Origin: the human T2T-CHM13v2.0 reference genome, Homo sapiens
Strand: one strand, 5' to 3'
NCBI RefSeq assembly: GCF_009914755.1
Contig: NC_060938.1
DNA: 64,000 nt
Below the pieces are notes generated by a model, which did no database searches, was not told the origin of the DNA, and was given only the letters and a program-made list of their open reading frames with translations. The position numbers and the translations under genes are program-made. Below are positions 27,013 to 44,700 of this stretch, piece after piece (positions within the stretch are counted from its first letter, which is position 1; every line of letters starts with the position of its first letter).

Positions 27013-27215
27013 TGCAATCTTTATATGCCATAGGATGTTATATTCACAAGACTATTGTATTTGATAATAATTTATGATTCTGAAATTTCTAAATCAACAC
27101 AGCTAAAAGAATCAAAATGCAACCTTGTCCAGAGATAGGAGGCAGTTCCAAATTTGAAAAATCCTCAAAAAGTAGACAAATGTGCTTCTCAGTCTGAAAT
27201 TTAGATAAGACATAT

Positions 27216-27574
27216 TGAGGCAGGCAAATAGGGTCTTCAGGCAGGGAACATAAGGCCAATTCACACTTCAGATATGACAGGAAAATATCTTCTCCATAGG
27301 GTGTAGGCCAAGTAACTAACTTTGTAACTTTAGTTCATCCTCATTTACATTTACTGCATATCCCAAGTAACCAATGGAATCCTCTGGAGGGTACTTAATC
27401 TCCCCAAAATTCTGTAACAGGGCCCTTGAGCCCCTATGCTTGAGCCCGCTCCCACATTGTGGAGTGTACTTTCATTTTCAATAAATCTCTTCATTCCTTC
27501 CTTGCTTTGTTTGTGTGTTTTGTCCAATTCTTTGTTTAAGATGCCAAGAACCTGGACACCCTTCACTGGAGACA
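27216..27574 (+). mobile_element. MER51-family ERV1 solo LTR
   Basis: 'tgaggcaggcaaatagggtc...gcagggaacataaggcc' to 'ccaagaacctggacacc...gagaca'; AATAAA at ~27480; 4-bp TSD atat. Confidence 0.8.
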
Positions 27575-27669
27575 ATATGATGTGCAGAGTTTGAAAGTCA
27601 GCATATTAGCTTTTATTGAAGCATGGGATCGCCTAGAGAAAGCTTTAAGGAGAGATCAAAATGATCACC

Positions 27670-28105
27670 TTATGTTGGGTTCCCTAGAAACAGTGTCCGA
27701 GATGTAAATTTTTGTTCAAGTTATTTATTGAAGGAGTGCTGTCAGGAGATGGGGAGTGAGGAAAAGTAATGCAGGAAAAAAAGCTATGCAAGTATGTGGT
27801 CTTAGACAAAGCCTAGCTCCATGAGGATCTCTGAATCTGCAAGATATTACAGAGTCGGCCCCACCTTAAGCAAGGAGGCCAACCTTTTAGAGCCCCTCTC
27901 CCATCAGAGAAGTGTTAGCTGCAGGCTGCACTGGGAAGGAAGCAGGTCATGGCTCCCAGGGGAGGTGGCTCCTTATTCAGACAAATATTTAGAGAATATT
28001 TGCTCGGTTGTGAGGCATTGGCAGCAAACATCAACAGCAGCTGTTGAATTGAGTGCACTGGCAGTTAAAGAGGACCTGGATAGAGCATGAACTGTATCCA
28101 CAACA
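27670..28105 (-). mobile_element. Old ERVL-class LTR (LTR33/LTR16-like)
   Basis: 'gttgggttccctagaaacag' end and '...gtgcactggcagttaaagaggacctgga...gtatccacaaca' start. Confidence 0.55.
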
Positions 28106-28360
28106 AAAATTTTAAAATAAACTTTGGAGAATTCAAATGGAAAAACATCATATGAATGAGGGACACCAATGTCCACCATATGAATGAGGGATGCCAAGAA
28201 GTCTAAGAAAGATGACAATAATGAAAGAGAATGGTATTAGTAGCCATCCATAATAGGTGTTTCTGACCATTGCAACAGAAACGACAAAACTGAAAATAGA
28301 GCAAGGTGGAGTAGTTACAAACAGTGTGGTCAATTTATTGTCAGATATATAAATAGAATA

Positions 28361-29402
28361 CAGAAGTCTCCATTTATCCACAGGGGATACATTCCAAGAC
28401 CACCAGTGGATGCCTGAAAACTCAGTACCAAACCCTCTATATGCTGTGTTTTTTCTTAAACATACCTATCTATGATAGAGTTTAGTTAGTAAATTAGGTA
28501 AACTAAGACATTAACAACAATAACTAATAATAAAATAGAATGGTTTAGTAAAATAAACACTGTAAGAATTAAAGAAAGAGGAGAGAAACACGAAGGGTGG
28601 CTTTTTAGTCAACAGGGACAGGATTATTTTAAATCAACCTGAGAGGGGCGGCTAGCCGAGTTAGATCAGAGCCACACTCTTACAGATTAAGAGTTTTTAA
28701 GGATTCAGGGTGGGAGAGTTTAGCAGAGGCTTGGACTGCTTCTGTGTCTCTTTGTTGTGCTTATCTGGGAGGGAGAGTTGTGTGTCTGTTCCCACACATC
28801 TTTCTGCAGCTGCAGGCATATCCCTCAGTCTGCTTTTGGCCTCCCCATCTTAGTGCACCTGAAGGGAAAGGAATATGCTTATTAAGGCCCACTGTTTTAC
28901 TTGGGCCCATTGTATGAGGGTGAAGTTTGGCAGTTACCCAAGAGACTTTCCCCCAACCTCCCTCTGTGCCCCAGCTGTCTCATCTGTGTTTTACTGTCTG
29001 CTCTTTCTGGCTGTTTGTAATAAGAGAAGTGATTTCCTTGAAATGCATGACGCTAGAAAGGGAGCTGGAACTTAAATAGGCAGTGTTTGTCCAAGGTGAT
29101 GGTGCTCCTGGTCTGTCGAACACAAGCACTGTAATATCACAGCAGTCAATTTGATAACTGAGAAGGCTACTAAGAGACTAATGGATGTTTAGCATACACA
29201 GCATGGATATGCTGGACAAAAAGATGATTCATGTCTCAGGCAGACAGAATGAGACGTGAAATTTCAACATACTACTCAGAATGGCATACGACTTAAAATT
29301 TATTATTTATTTCTGGAATTTTCCACTTAACATTTTCAGATCATGGTTGACCATGGGTAACCATAACCAGGAAAAGCAAAATCATGGATAAGGAGAGACT
29401 AC
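28361..29402 (+). mobile_element. MER44-family Tigger element split by an LTR
   Basis: 'ttatccacaggggatacattccaagaccaccagtggatgcctgaaa' start; 'catggataaggagagactac' end. Confidence 0.8.
28561..29118 (-). mobile_element. ERV1 solo LTR (LTR19-like)
   Basis: Reverse complement 'caggagcaccatcaccttggacaaacactgcc...aagttccagctccctttctagc'; 5-bp TSD aacac at 28556-28560 / 29119-29123. Confidence 0.75.
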
Positions 29403-29414
29403 TTTCCTTTTTTA

Positions 29415-29798
29415 AGATTACATATCTTGCAATATTTAATTGTCTAAAATAATTGATATAAAATAGCAAAACCAAAGTCTATATCAGGCACAAAGACAGG
29501 CACTACCATCTTGGCCTTGTAAGATGCCAATCTCAGAGTATGGTCCAAAAATTAGAGCACCCACCTGGAATTCAACAAATCACATGGAGGGGAACTTGGT
29601 AGTGGCCTCTAGGTCTACCGGCTTCCCTCAGTGCTATCTCTGCAAGGCTTTGGGGAGATTAGAAAAAAATTTCTTCTTATAAGTATCTATAAATGAGATA
29701 TTAAACTACACTATAATAAAATAAAGGAAAACTTGATTATGCATAATTAAACAAGAACGTACTATGTGACAACATCCCAGTGATTTGTGATTATCTAA
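29415..29798 (-). repeat. Inverted repeat, right arm (384 bp)
   Basis: Reverse complement of 26305-26688. Confidence 0.97.
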
Positions 29799-32700
29799 CC
29801 TTGAAATAAGTCATAAGTATTTGTGTTTAGAATGTAATACTTTATTACATGAACTAGATAAAGAAAGGTACTGATTGAAAATTAAGGCTTTCAATTTCCA
29901 GTTTTACTAAATGTTGTTTCCTTATTAAGATTACAGCCATTGAGCCAATAATAATTATTAACCTTTAGTTATTTAAGGAGGTCTTGGGACTTACGCACAT
30001 AGTATCTTACCAAGTAGAATTCATGGAATATAATCAGAACACATTATGCTTTTGCCTCGAATGCCCTCTAAATGTATTATCTGGGGGTAGTTTTCCTCTC
30101 CCTTTGGCAAAAACTCAGTCAGGTCCCACAGTTTCCTCAGTGCTTGTTGATTACACAGCCCTAAACTGATTTCCCACACTCTTGATCCAGCAGATATTTA
30201 CAGCTGGTTTTATCTGATGCGGTGAATTTTGGAGTTCCTCAGAGATGTCCAGCAATAGTGTTGACTCTCACATGCAGCTCCTTGACCCAAACAAATTCAC
30301 TCCTTCCCAGTGGTTTTTTACTACTTCCTAAGTCTCTATAAATTTTGCAGTCACTTCTGTCTTCTCTTGAATGTCCCATAGATCACCCTAGCCCTACTTA
30401 AGCTCCCTTGAGCCTGACCCACTCCAGTCTAGGATAACCTTTCCTTGGATGTGGCCTTCACAACCTGTAGGTGTGTAGTCTGAGCCCAATGTCCCCTTCA
30501 GCCCATTTGTCAGCAGATATCCAAATTAAGCTTCCTGAATCCCCCCTCTCTTGCTTAAAAATGAAGGAAGACATGACCCATGGGAAGAGAGTTACTGTGC
30601 AATTTTTAAAAATCCACTCTATTTTAATTTTTTTGTAGAGATGGGAGTCTCACGCTGTTGCCCAGGCTGGTCTTGCTTAAACTTCCTACAGCATCATCTG
30701 TTTCATGACCGACATTGGTGTTTGATATATGGGTGTCTCTTTTAAAACCTCCAATTTAGCATCCTTTTATATTTTAAAAAAATGAGAATTAAGCCCTGTA
30801 TCTTATATAAATGCTTTGGAAGTTGCAACAGTGAGAACACCCCAATATTAATAAACTAAAGTAGAGGAGAGGATGATAGAAGCACAGGGATGAACCTTGG
30901 TGACAAGAAACAACCATGTAATGGTTCGCAGGAGAACCATGAAATCCTTTTAGCTCCATTCCATCTGTGCAGGAGAACTCTTAGAATGTGTGAGTAACCT
31001 GTCTCACAGCCTGGAGACAGGGGAGCTAGCGGGCATAGGGAGCTGTCCACTAACTAGAAAGTCAGCTTTCTTCTACTTCTCTGTCCACTATCTCTTATAG
31101 AGGCCCCCTTTCTTTTTTTTTTTTTTTTCAAAAATATATTTGCATTAGGTACTAAATTTGGTTCACTACTGTAGGTGGGTTAGGGAAGACTGGCTCAGAG
31201 GTTACCCAAAAGAACATTTTTAGCCTCATTAAACTTAATATTTAAGGAGAATCACTTTCTCACTTGAAGTATTCTGGTAATTATTTTAACTCTCTTTTTT
31301 TTATTGTTACCAGTATGAAACTATCCTAAGTCAACTAGAAATAAAGAAATCTGTGATGGAAATATATCCAATCTTAATAAAATTTGGATAATTAGCCTAT
31401 AGGATTGAGCCAATATACTTCCCCCAAATGAACTAACTTTTGCATTCAACCGCAACACTTAAGATTTCTTTATAATTCACGTTTCCTTGTTTTTAAAACT
31501 CAACAATATACTCAAAACTTCACAGATTATAAACCAAGAGGCTGAGCTAATGTTTTATATTCTTTCATTGGTGCAAAAGACTATCATGGGGACCTATAAG
31601 GATATGAAATTTTTCTTCCAAAGTAATGACCTTATATTGCACCAGATAGCTAAAATACCACACTCATACATTTCATATTGCATCAAACTCCATATATACT
31701 TAAAGTTTTTCACTTTCTTCTAGAATAGTTATGAACAAATAAAATCATTCTGAGTAGAAATAATTTAGTCCTCACTAGTCTATTTTTACACTTGTCACTT
31801 TAAAGAAATTTTAAAAAGGAAAAATCTAATCAATCTAATGCAAGAGAAGATTATAGTATTTACCAAAAATGCCTTCTCCATTTACTAGTAAGCTTATGGA
31901 AGAAATGGTTGGTCATTTCTGTATCACCTGGTCAGACCCTAAACTTTTAACATGTGATAAATTCCAGCCGTTTTAAAGGCTTAGATGAAAAACAGCCTTT
32001 TTTCAGGCAAATTTAAATGTTCCCACCCAAAATAATTATGTTCTATTGTAGAAATCAATAATCAAACTTGTCTCCAGTGTGAATTACATAAAAATTATCT
32101 TTGAAGTATTAACAAAATAATTTCATTGAGGTAGCAATAACCAATTTCACTTTTTTCCACAACTGTCAAAACTGTAACATAAACACATAAACGTTTTATA
32201 CATTTTTTTAAGTTACCTTTTACATAATGGAAAAAGTAATAAAAGTAGAGCTCAAGTTTCAAGAAGAAAAGTTTTGTAGGAAAGGATTAGGCAGGGTGAT
32301 GAGAGACACCCAGGGAAACTAGAAAAATGAAAGAACAGGAATAGAATTTTTAAATTTTTATTGATGTTCTTACAAGGCTTACAGCTGAATGAAGTTAAGC
32401 ATTCTGCATTTCAATTATTTTTATAGCAGTAAGAAGAATGTAGAAAACAGTTACACATTCATCTTAACTTGTTGTCAGCCTACTGAGAGCAGTCTTCAGA
32501 GATTCTCCTCCAATACCACCTAGCTTCATTTTTCTGGCCTCTACACTCACATCAGTATTCCAAAAAGCCTGTATATCTAAAATCAGAAAAGTTTATCATT
32601 TCTAGGTGTCTATATATTTACTCTATAGTAATACTTATCAAACGTTAAAGTGCATAAATCTCATCGTGTAAATGTGTTTAAAATACAGTCTAGCATATAG

Positions 32701-32935
32701 ATTATCACCATAACCATCTCTAAAGATTCTAAATCAATTAATCTAAATTTTAATAGAAGTATAACTTGTTCAAGGTTTGAACCACACTAGAGAAACACTG
32801 ATCTAATTTTGGGTTCACATTCAAATTATTTAAGAGCTTTTAATATTATGACAACTACAATCAACTTTAACCTGTTACATCTTGGAGGATTTGATATAAG
32901 AATCAAATTAAATACACAGAAATAGCTAGATGATA

Positions 32936-32996
32936 GGTGGATGGATGGATACATACATACATACATACATACATACATACATACATACATACATAC
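32936..32996. repeat. (GGAT)n(ACAT)n compound microsatellite
   Basis: Seen directly. Confidence 0.95.
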
Positions 32997-33197
32997 AATG
33001 AGAAGTGGGAACAAGAGATGAGGAGAGAATAAGGGGAGATGAAAATAAGTTTTTTTTAAAAAAAAGGTAGCTAAGACTAAGTCTGCAAAATGCAAAACAA
33101 CAATTTTAATTAAGTTTTACACTTAATTCATTGGTTGTTTAGCAATGTGTAGACACTTCCTTTAGCTACTTTAGAACCAGAACATAGTTTTGAGGGT

Positions 33198-33522
<325 letters not shown>

Positions 33523-36500
33523 CTCTGTCTCTTTTTTAGTCCTTCTGCATCTTCATGTCTCACTCATAACCAGATTCTCTCTCTCTCTGCTCAGCTTTCT
33601 TATCCTTTTGTGATTTCTTTCACTCTTCCCATTTTCTTAGTCACTTTATCAATTTACTATTTTACTGTCTCTTGTTCCTATGTTCACCTTTATTATGGGT
33701 GGTCTCCTATATATGGTTGAAAGTACTTCTGCTATTATTATGTCTTCCCCATGCCTTCTGGCCCCACTCTTGAAATCTTAGAACTCCTATCTTTTAGGTT
33801 AAGAATTGCCTTATTCACCAACTTCTCTTTTAAAATCTATGTGCTTCTGGAAGAGATATATACTTCTGAAAGATCAAGTCACTATCAGCTGGAGACCCTT
33901 TATTTCTGTCAGTCATGAACCACTAGGCTTAAATGGCTTTGGACTTCTAACTGACATGGACAAAAGATGTCTCAGCCTTCCTTAAAATCTGCAGACATCT
34001 CACAATATGTACATACACACATTGCAACTTATTTTTCCATCTTCACTTAATTGCTTTGGACACAATTTTGATCACTAGGAATAGCAAATTTTAACATTAA
34101 AACATTTTACTAGACTTACAGAGTCAGAAAAATTAAAGAAATAAACTAAAAAGATCAACAATCCATCCTTGAACTTCCTCCCCACCCCCATATTTCATAA
34201 AAAGAATTAAGCAATCTCTCAAAAATACAGTCTTAAAATACATGTACACATACATACACTCACACACTCAGGCTAGGGTCATTAATAGTCACATATGCCT
34301 ATATCTTCACCTCTTTTCTTGTCTAAAAATGTTCCACAACCTGCATTAATTGCCCAATCTAGCACTGCATTAGGCAATGATCATTGTTGAGAAATCTTTC
34401 CCATTATCAACTAAAAATTTCTTATAGTTTTTTTCCTTTTATTATGCCCATGGTGAGGGTGAATAGCTAATCATTATCCTTTAACATTTTTCCATACTCT
34501 GTGCTTAAAGACAAAGGTTATACCTATCTTTATTTGCCCTTTTATAATGTATTAAACACTTCAGCAGAGGTCCTGCTAAGGATTTTTATTGTCTCTCCTT
34601 CCTCACAACCACCCACAACTAGAATCATTATTAAAGCTCATTTTCATATACTGCTTATATTATCAAGAGATGCCTTCAGCATTTTAAAAATATTTTTAAC
34701 ACTCAGCACTTAAGAAATAGCATTCTTCAATATAAATGAAAAGAGAAAATGATTAAAGCTTAAATTCACTAGGCACTCAATAAATGTTTATTGAATTTAG
34801 CTGAAATGTCATATTTTTCTATTTTTAATATTCATTATGATTTATTTTCTATTTTCATTTATTATGAGAAAACTTTCCATATTCCAAAAGATTAATTATA
34901 TTTAATTTCTTCTCCCTTGAATAATTCTTTATTCCCCTGCTATTATGTGTAATATTTCAAAGTAAAGTATTCTTACTACAAGTCTCCTGTCTTCATGTGT
35001 CTTTTTCTTGCAACAAATAAACATATTAAATTTCTTCTCTTCTTACTAGTAATTCTTGCCACCTACCTGACTTACAGGAATATTTTGAAGATTGATGGGG
35101 CTATCAATAAAACACCTGAAATTCCTTGATGTTGTTTAAAAAAAAAAACAGGAGTGTATAAGGGAAGACAGTAATGCTGTATTTGGGGGAGTGTTTGTTT
35201 TTCTAAACATCCTACAGTAATTCCTTAGAGGATCCTTCTCTCCCCTTTGTCCTTGTAATAAAATTATGAGTAAACATGAACTTGATAGAATATGGATCCC
35301 CTTAATAAGAGCTCATTCATTTCTATTTGTTACAGAAGATAGGTTCACCATTGTCCATTCAAATAACAACTAAATGGGGCATGACCAGACCAACAGATTT
35401 CAAATTAAGATATAGCAGTTTAATAGTATATCGCAGCAGTTGGCTTCTTTATAGCCTATCAACTAACAGAAGAATGCTCTCTCTTAAAAATCAAGAACTA
35501 TAAGGTTCCACTGTCAGGAAATTAAAGATTTTCAGGTAAATTCTTTACTGCTCTCTTTGTTAATTCTCCTCTCATAGTATTAATCTGTTACAACGGGTAC
35601 ATCTCTGTCATTTTGCATGAGTGGCATAGACTAAACCTGACACCAGAAAACCTGGGTACAAATCCCTTTCCACCACTTACCAGTTAAGTAACCTTGGCAA
35701 GTGTTTGTAAATCTAAATTGCCACGAAGGGATAGAATATTTTCTCTCACCAATTTATAAAGTTTTTGAGAGAATGGAATTAGAAGATGTCTGTGAAGGCA
35801 CGGAATAAATTTTTGATTGCTGTTTTGTATAAGACATTACGATGCCAGCCTACCTAGCTTTTTGGCACTCTACCCCTCAGTTCTATCAGTTGTGAACAGA
35901 ATTGTGATTCTATTCAATCACATCATAATTCTCACATAAGAAACAAGTAGGAATAAATCATTGGCACATTTAATCATGTCTTCTTATTTACTCAGAGCTG
36001 ATCTACATGTCAATGTAAAGAGACTGTGATTTTACAAGGGGCTTAAAACATCTCTCAGTATTTTGCGTGCTCCTTCCAACTTCCTGACCAACAGTCCTGT
36101 CTGTACCCTTACCCAGCCCTGGCCTTTCCACCTGGAATAGCTTTCCTCTTGTGCTTATTGGAATGATACTAACCTTTGAAAGTCCAGCTTAAAAGTCACC
36201 TCCATTAAATAGCCTTCACTCTCTCAATCAGAAGTATTTTTAATCTATTTTTGTTATTCTAGCACCTACTTTTATAGTCCATGTACTTCAGACTCCTCTC
36301 TAAGACTATGACCAAAGTGAGTCATAATATTTATCATATTTAGTAATATTTATTTATCACTAAATATTAGTACCAAATAGAGGAAGTTTAACATGAAATT
36401 TACTAAACAAATATCTGTTACTTTTACTCATGTCTCACACAAAATTACGAAATTAGTCTTTCATTTGTTTTTCCCACATATGATGCACAAAAATATCTGT

Positions 36501-36821
36501 AAATATACAATTTTACATCACCTATGACTCTAATTTAAATGTCTCAGTCCTAAACTCAAAGCCTTACATTTCTATTCACTTCCCCCTCCATCTTTCCTTT
36601 TTTTAAAAATTTTATTATTATACTTAAAGTTTTAGGGTACATGTGCACAATGTGCAGGTTTGTTACATATGTATACATGTGCCATGTTGGTGTGCTGCAC
36701 CCATTAACTCGTCATTTAGCATTAGGTATATCTCCTAATGCTATCCCTCCACCCTACCCCCACCCCACAACAGTCCCTGGTGTGTGATGATCCCCTTCCT
36801 GTGTCCATGTGTTCTCATTGT

Positions 36822-40626
<3,805 letters not shown>

Positions 40627-40689
40627 TATGAAGTTAGCTGGTTATTTTGCTCGTTAGTTGATGCAGTTTCTTCCTAGCCTCCATGGTCT

Positions 40690-41706
40690 TTACAATTTGG
40701 AATGTTTTTGCAGTGGCTGGTACCGGTTGTTCCTTTCCATGTTTAGTGCTTCCTTCAGGAGCTCTTTTAGGGCAGGCCCGGTGGTGACAAAATCTCCCAG
40801 CATTTGCTTGTCTGTAAAGTATTTTATTTCTCCTTCACTTATGAAGCTTAGTTTGGCTGGATATGAAATTCTGGGTTGAAAATTCTTTTCTTTAAGAATG
40901 TTGAATATTGGCCCCCACTCGCTTCTGGCTTGTAGAGTTGCTGCCGAGAGATCAGCTGTTAGTCTGATGGGCTTCCCTTTGTGGGTAAGCCGACCTTTCT
41001 CTCTGGCTGCCCTTAACATTTTTTCCTTCATTTCAACTTTGGTGAATCTGACAATTATGTGTCTTGGAGTTGCTCTTCTCGAGGAGTATCTTTGTGGCAT
41101 TCTTTATATTTCCTGAATTTGAATGTTGGCCTGCCTTGCTAGATTGGGGAAGTTCTGCTGGATAATATCCTGCAGAGTGTTTTCCAACTTGGTTCCATTC
41201 TCCCCGTCACTTTCAGGTACACCAATCAGACATAGATTTGGTCTTTTCACACAGTCCCATATTTCTTGGAGGCTTTGTTTGTTTCTTTTTACTCTTTTTT
41301 CGCTAAACTTCTCTTCTTGCTTCATTTCATTCATTTTGTGTTCCATCGCTGATACCCCTTCTTCCAGTTGATCGCATCGGCTCCTGAGGCTTCTGCATTT
41401 GTCACGTAGTTCTTGTGCCGTGGTGTTCAGCTCCATCAGGTCCTTTAAGGACTTCTCTGCATTGGTTATTCTAGTTAGCCATTCGTCTAATTTTTTTTCA
41501 AGGTTTTTAACTTCTTTGCCATTGTTTCGATCTTCCTCCTTTAGCTCGGAGTAGTTTGATCTTCTGAAGCCTTCTTTTCTCAACTCATCAAAGTCATTCT
41601 CTGTCCAGCTTTGTTCCATTGCTGGTGAGGAGCTGTGTTCCTTTGGAGGAGGAGAGGCACTCTGATTTTTAGAGTTTCCAGTTTTTCTGCTCTGTTTTTT
41701 CCCCAT
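40690..41706 (-). pseudogene. L1 ORF1p, interrupted by one in-frame stop near 41104
   Basis: MGKKQSRKTGNSK...IQEI* followed in the same frame by ...PQRYSSRRATPRHIIVRF...LQKHSKL. Confidence 0.95.
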
Positions 41707-44700
41707 CTTTGTGGTTTTATCTACCTTTGGTCTTTGATGATGGTGATGTACAGATGGGTTTTTGGTGTGGATGTCCTTTCTGTTTGTTAGTTTTCCTTCT
41801 AACCGTCAGGACCCTCAGCTGCAGGTCTGTTGGAGTTTGCTGGAGGTCCACTCCAGACCCTGTTTGCCTGGGTATCAGCAGTGGTGGCTGCAGAAAAGCG
41901 GATATTGGTGAACCGCAAATGCTGCTGCCTGATCATTCCTCTGGAAGTTTTTTCTCAGAGGAGTACCCGGCTGTGTGAGGTGTCAGTCCGCCCCTACTGG
42001 GGGGTGCCTCCCAGTTAGGCTACTTGGAGGTCAGGGACCCACTTGAGGCGGCAGTCTGCCCGTTCTCAGATCTCAAGCTGCATGCTGGGAGAACCACTAC
42101 TCTCTTCAAAGCTCAGTTGGAAACGCAGAAATCACCCGTCTTCTGCGTCACTCACACTGGGAGCTGTAGACTGGAGCTGTTCCTGTTCAGCCATCTTCCA
42201 TCTTTCTTAATTTCCTGTATATCATGTACCCAGTGTTCCTTCTCCTTAGCATCCTGGTGTTTTAAATTGCTATCTCCATTTTCCTATATTCTTTGTCCTT
42301 ATAGAATAGTCTATTTTATTAATTATTTACAATCTAGTATAAAAGTTAGCTCTTCCAAAAGACCTCACCTGATTAACCCTTTCATATAGATCTTTTATAA
42401 ACTCTAAGCTCTCAGACACCAGGACAGTTTCCTTATAAAGTGAAAAAGAGCATATGACTTCATATTAGAAATGCATTAGGATAAATGGCCTAAAAGCATA
42501 ATTGCCTTAAGGCAACTTATCAGTACCCTTCAGGGTTTGTTTCTACAGCATGAAACCAACAACAGCAGAGAATAATTTTTAACAGTATATACGGACAAAT
42601 ATTTTTCATCCTTACATTTTTGTGTGCATAAATAGCATTTCTTGAGATCAGAGCATTTTGCACTATCCCAAGGTTTACACTATGAAGATAAAATGTACAA
42701 GTAATTCCTGCTTATTTATCATATCTTTCTGGAAATTATTTTGTGAATAAGATTTTCAAGAGTGAATCAAAGTTGCCCATTGAAAGACTACCTTACCAAT
42801 AGTGAACCTGACAAAGACTCCAGCATCAAATAAATCATAGATATAACTAACAGTACTTTGAAGACATAGTAAGAAGTTTAAAGTTTTTTAACATTAAAAT
42901 AATATTTTAATTTAAACAATAAAATATAATTCATGTTCTATAAAATTATTTAAAATCTCTAAATAATACTCTAATCATTAAGGATTCTAAATGACATGGA
43001 AAATGTTTCTGAAAAACTGAATCTACTCTGCTGGATATAATATATTTAACAGTTATGTTTCAAGAAATTTGGCAGGTGGCTCCCATGCAGGGACAATGGC
43101 TAAGCCTTGGGCCTGGCAACACATTCCCTCCATGCTAAATAGCAAAAGGCCCTTAATTTGAACTCTGTTATGAGATCTATAATCTGTAGGTCAGATGGTG
43201 AAATGCAAAGATGAAAAGGCAAATGTTGTTCTTTCCAAATAGAAAAGAATACAGACTTTCCTATTTCCACCTGGGTGTACATTCTACCTTGTAGCTGTGC
43301 AAATGTAAGTAAGCTCTTTAAACTCTAAACTCTTGTCTCCATAGCTGCAAATTGAAAACAATTATACTTAATAATAACTAAATGAATATCAAAAATTAAA
43401 TGAAATAAAGTGCATAATGTGCTTAGCAAGTATCAAGTATATGTAGTAAATATTCAGTAAAATCACTATTATGATATCATTATCATTATCATCACATAGG
43501 GTACACTCGCCCACTGACACAGTGTAGATTACCTAATACATGTAGTCCATTCCTACCTCACACCTAGAAGAACAATTAAGTGCTCTCCTCAATACTAGGG
43601 ATATGATCTAATAGACTCACACTGGTCTCAAGAGACAAAGGGCCTGATGAGCTAACAGCAGAAGGAATGCTGACTCTCATAAATTTTGACAGATATTTTT
43701 CATATGAATTGACAGAAAACCTCCTTTAGTTACTGAGGAGTAATTTAAGCTATGTATCACTGGCCAACCACTATAATTAAAGTTAGATATCCTGAGTAAG
43801 ATTTTTTTATGGCCTAATGATCAATTAATTATTTCTGCATGGGAAATTTTCCAAACTACGATAGTCTCAAAGATGCTCTAAGAGTTTAAACTATGAGGAT
43901 TCAGTCTTTAATTTGTTCAAGTGTTGGAGCCAACACAAAAATGAGTCTAGTTTTAGGAATGTTTTACTTTGCCTACGGTTGGAACTATAGACTGCTATCT
44001 CTTCAATACAGAGTCTTACACTCCTTTATTTTAATAAAAGTATGAGAACTTTATCCTGTACTTGGTAAATATTTAAGACCTATGAATCTTCCCACCATCA
44101 CTAACATAGAATAACAATACTGAAAGATTTGCCAGAAATTACCCAGGGTACCTCTCTGCTGCATCCTGAGAGGCCCGTGTAGAGCATGGCCTGCTGCATG
44201 CATGGTACAATTCTGCTGCTCTCTTGTTCCTCTGTGTTTATCCAATCAATCCAGACTATATTGTCTAGGCCTTCCTAGACAATAAAAGAATCACTTTTTA
44301 AAAATTGTGCTTTTGTTTAATGACGTATCCTATATTGAAAAATGCTATAAAAATGTTGTAAGAAAATCTTGTTGCATACTGTTTCATTCTGTCTCCCTTG
44401 CAACAACTATGGGGGAACTTCCTTTAGACTTCAAGGCCACAGCCTCCCCTCGAGCTGGTATATGTTATCATATGGACAATTTGAATCTTGCAACTTGTCC
44501 TGATTCCCTCTTGGTTTTGGCTCATTAGGAAATTCAAAATTGATGTGGTGTCCCACCTTCAGACACTGTGAGAATTTTATAGCACATATCTCTAGTTCTC
44601 TCTCTTATAGCCCCATTTTATTATTCTTCCTTATTTTCCTTTCACCTTGTCTTTTATATTTTTTCAGTCATTATGGCTTATGCAGTATACTTGTGCTTGT

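Noticed and set aside
42502-42515. 14-bp palindrome ttgccttaaggcaa
   Set aside because: A few such palindromes are expected by chance in 64 kb, and the spacing does not fit an RFX X-box.
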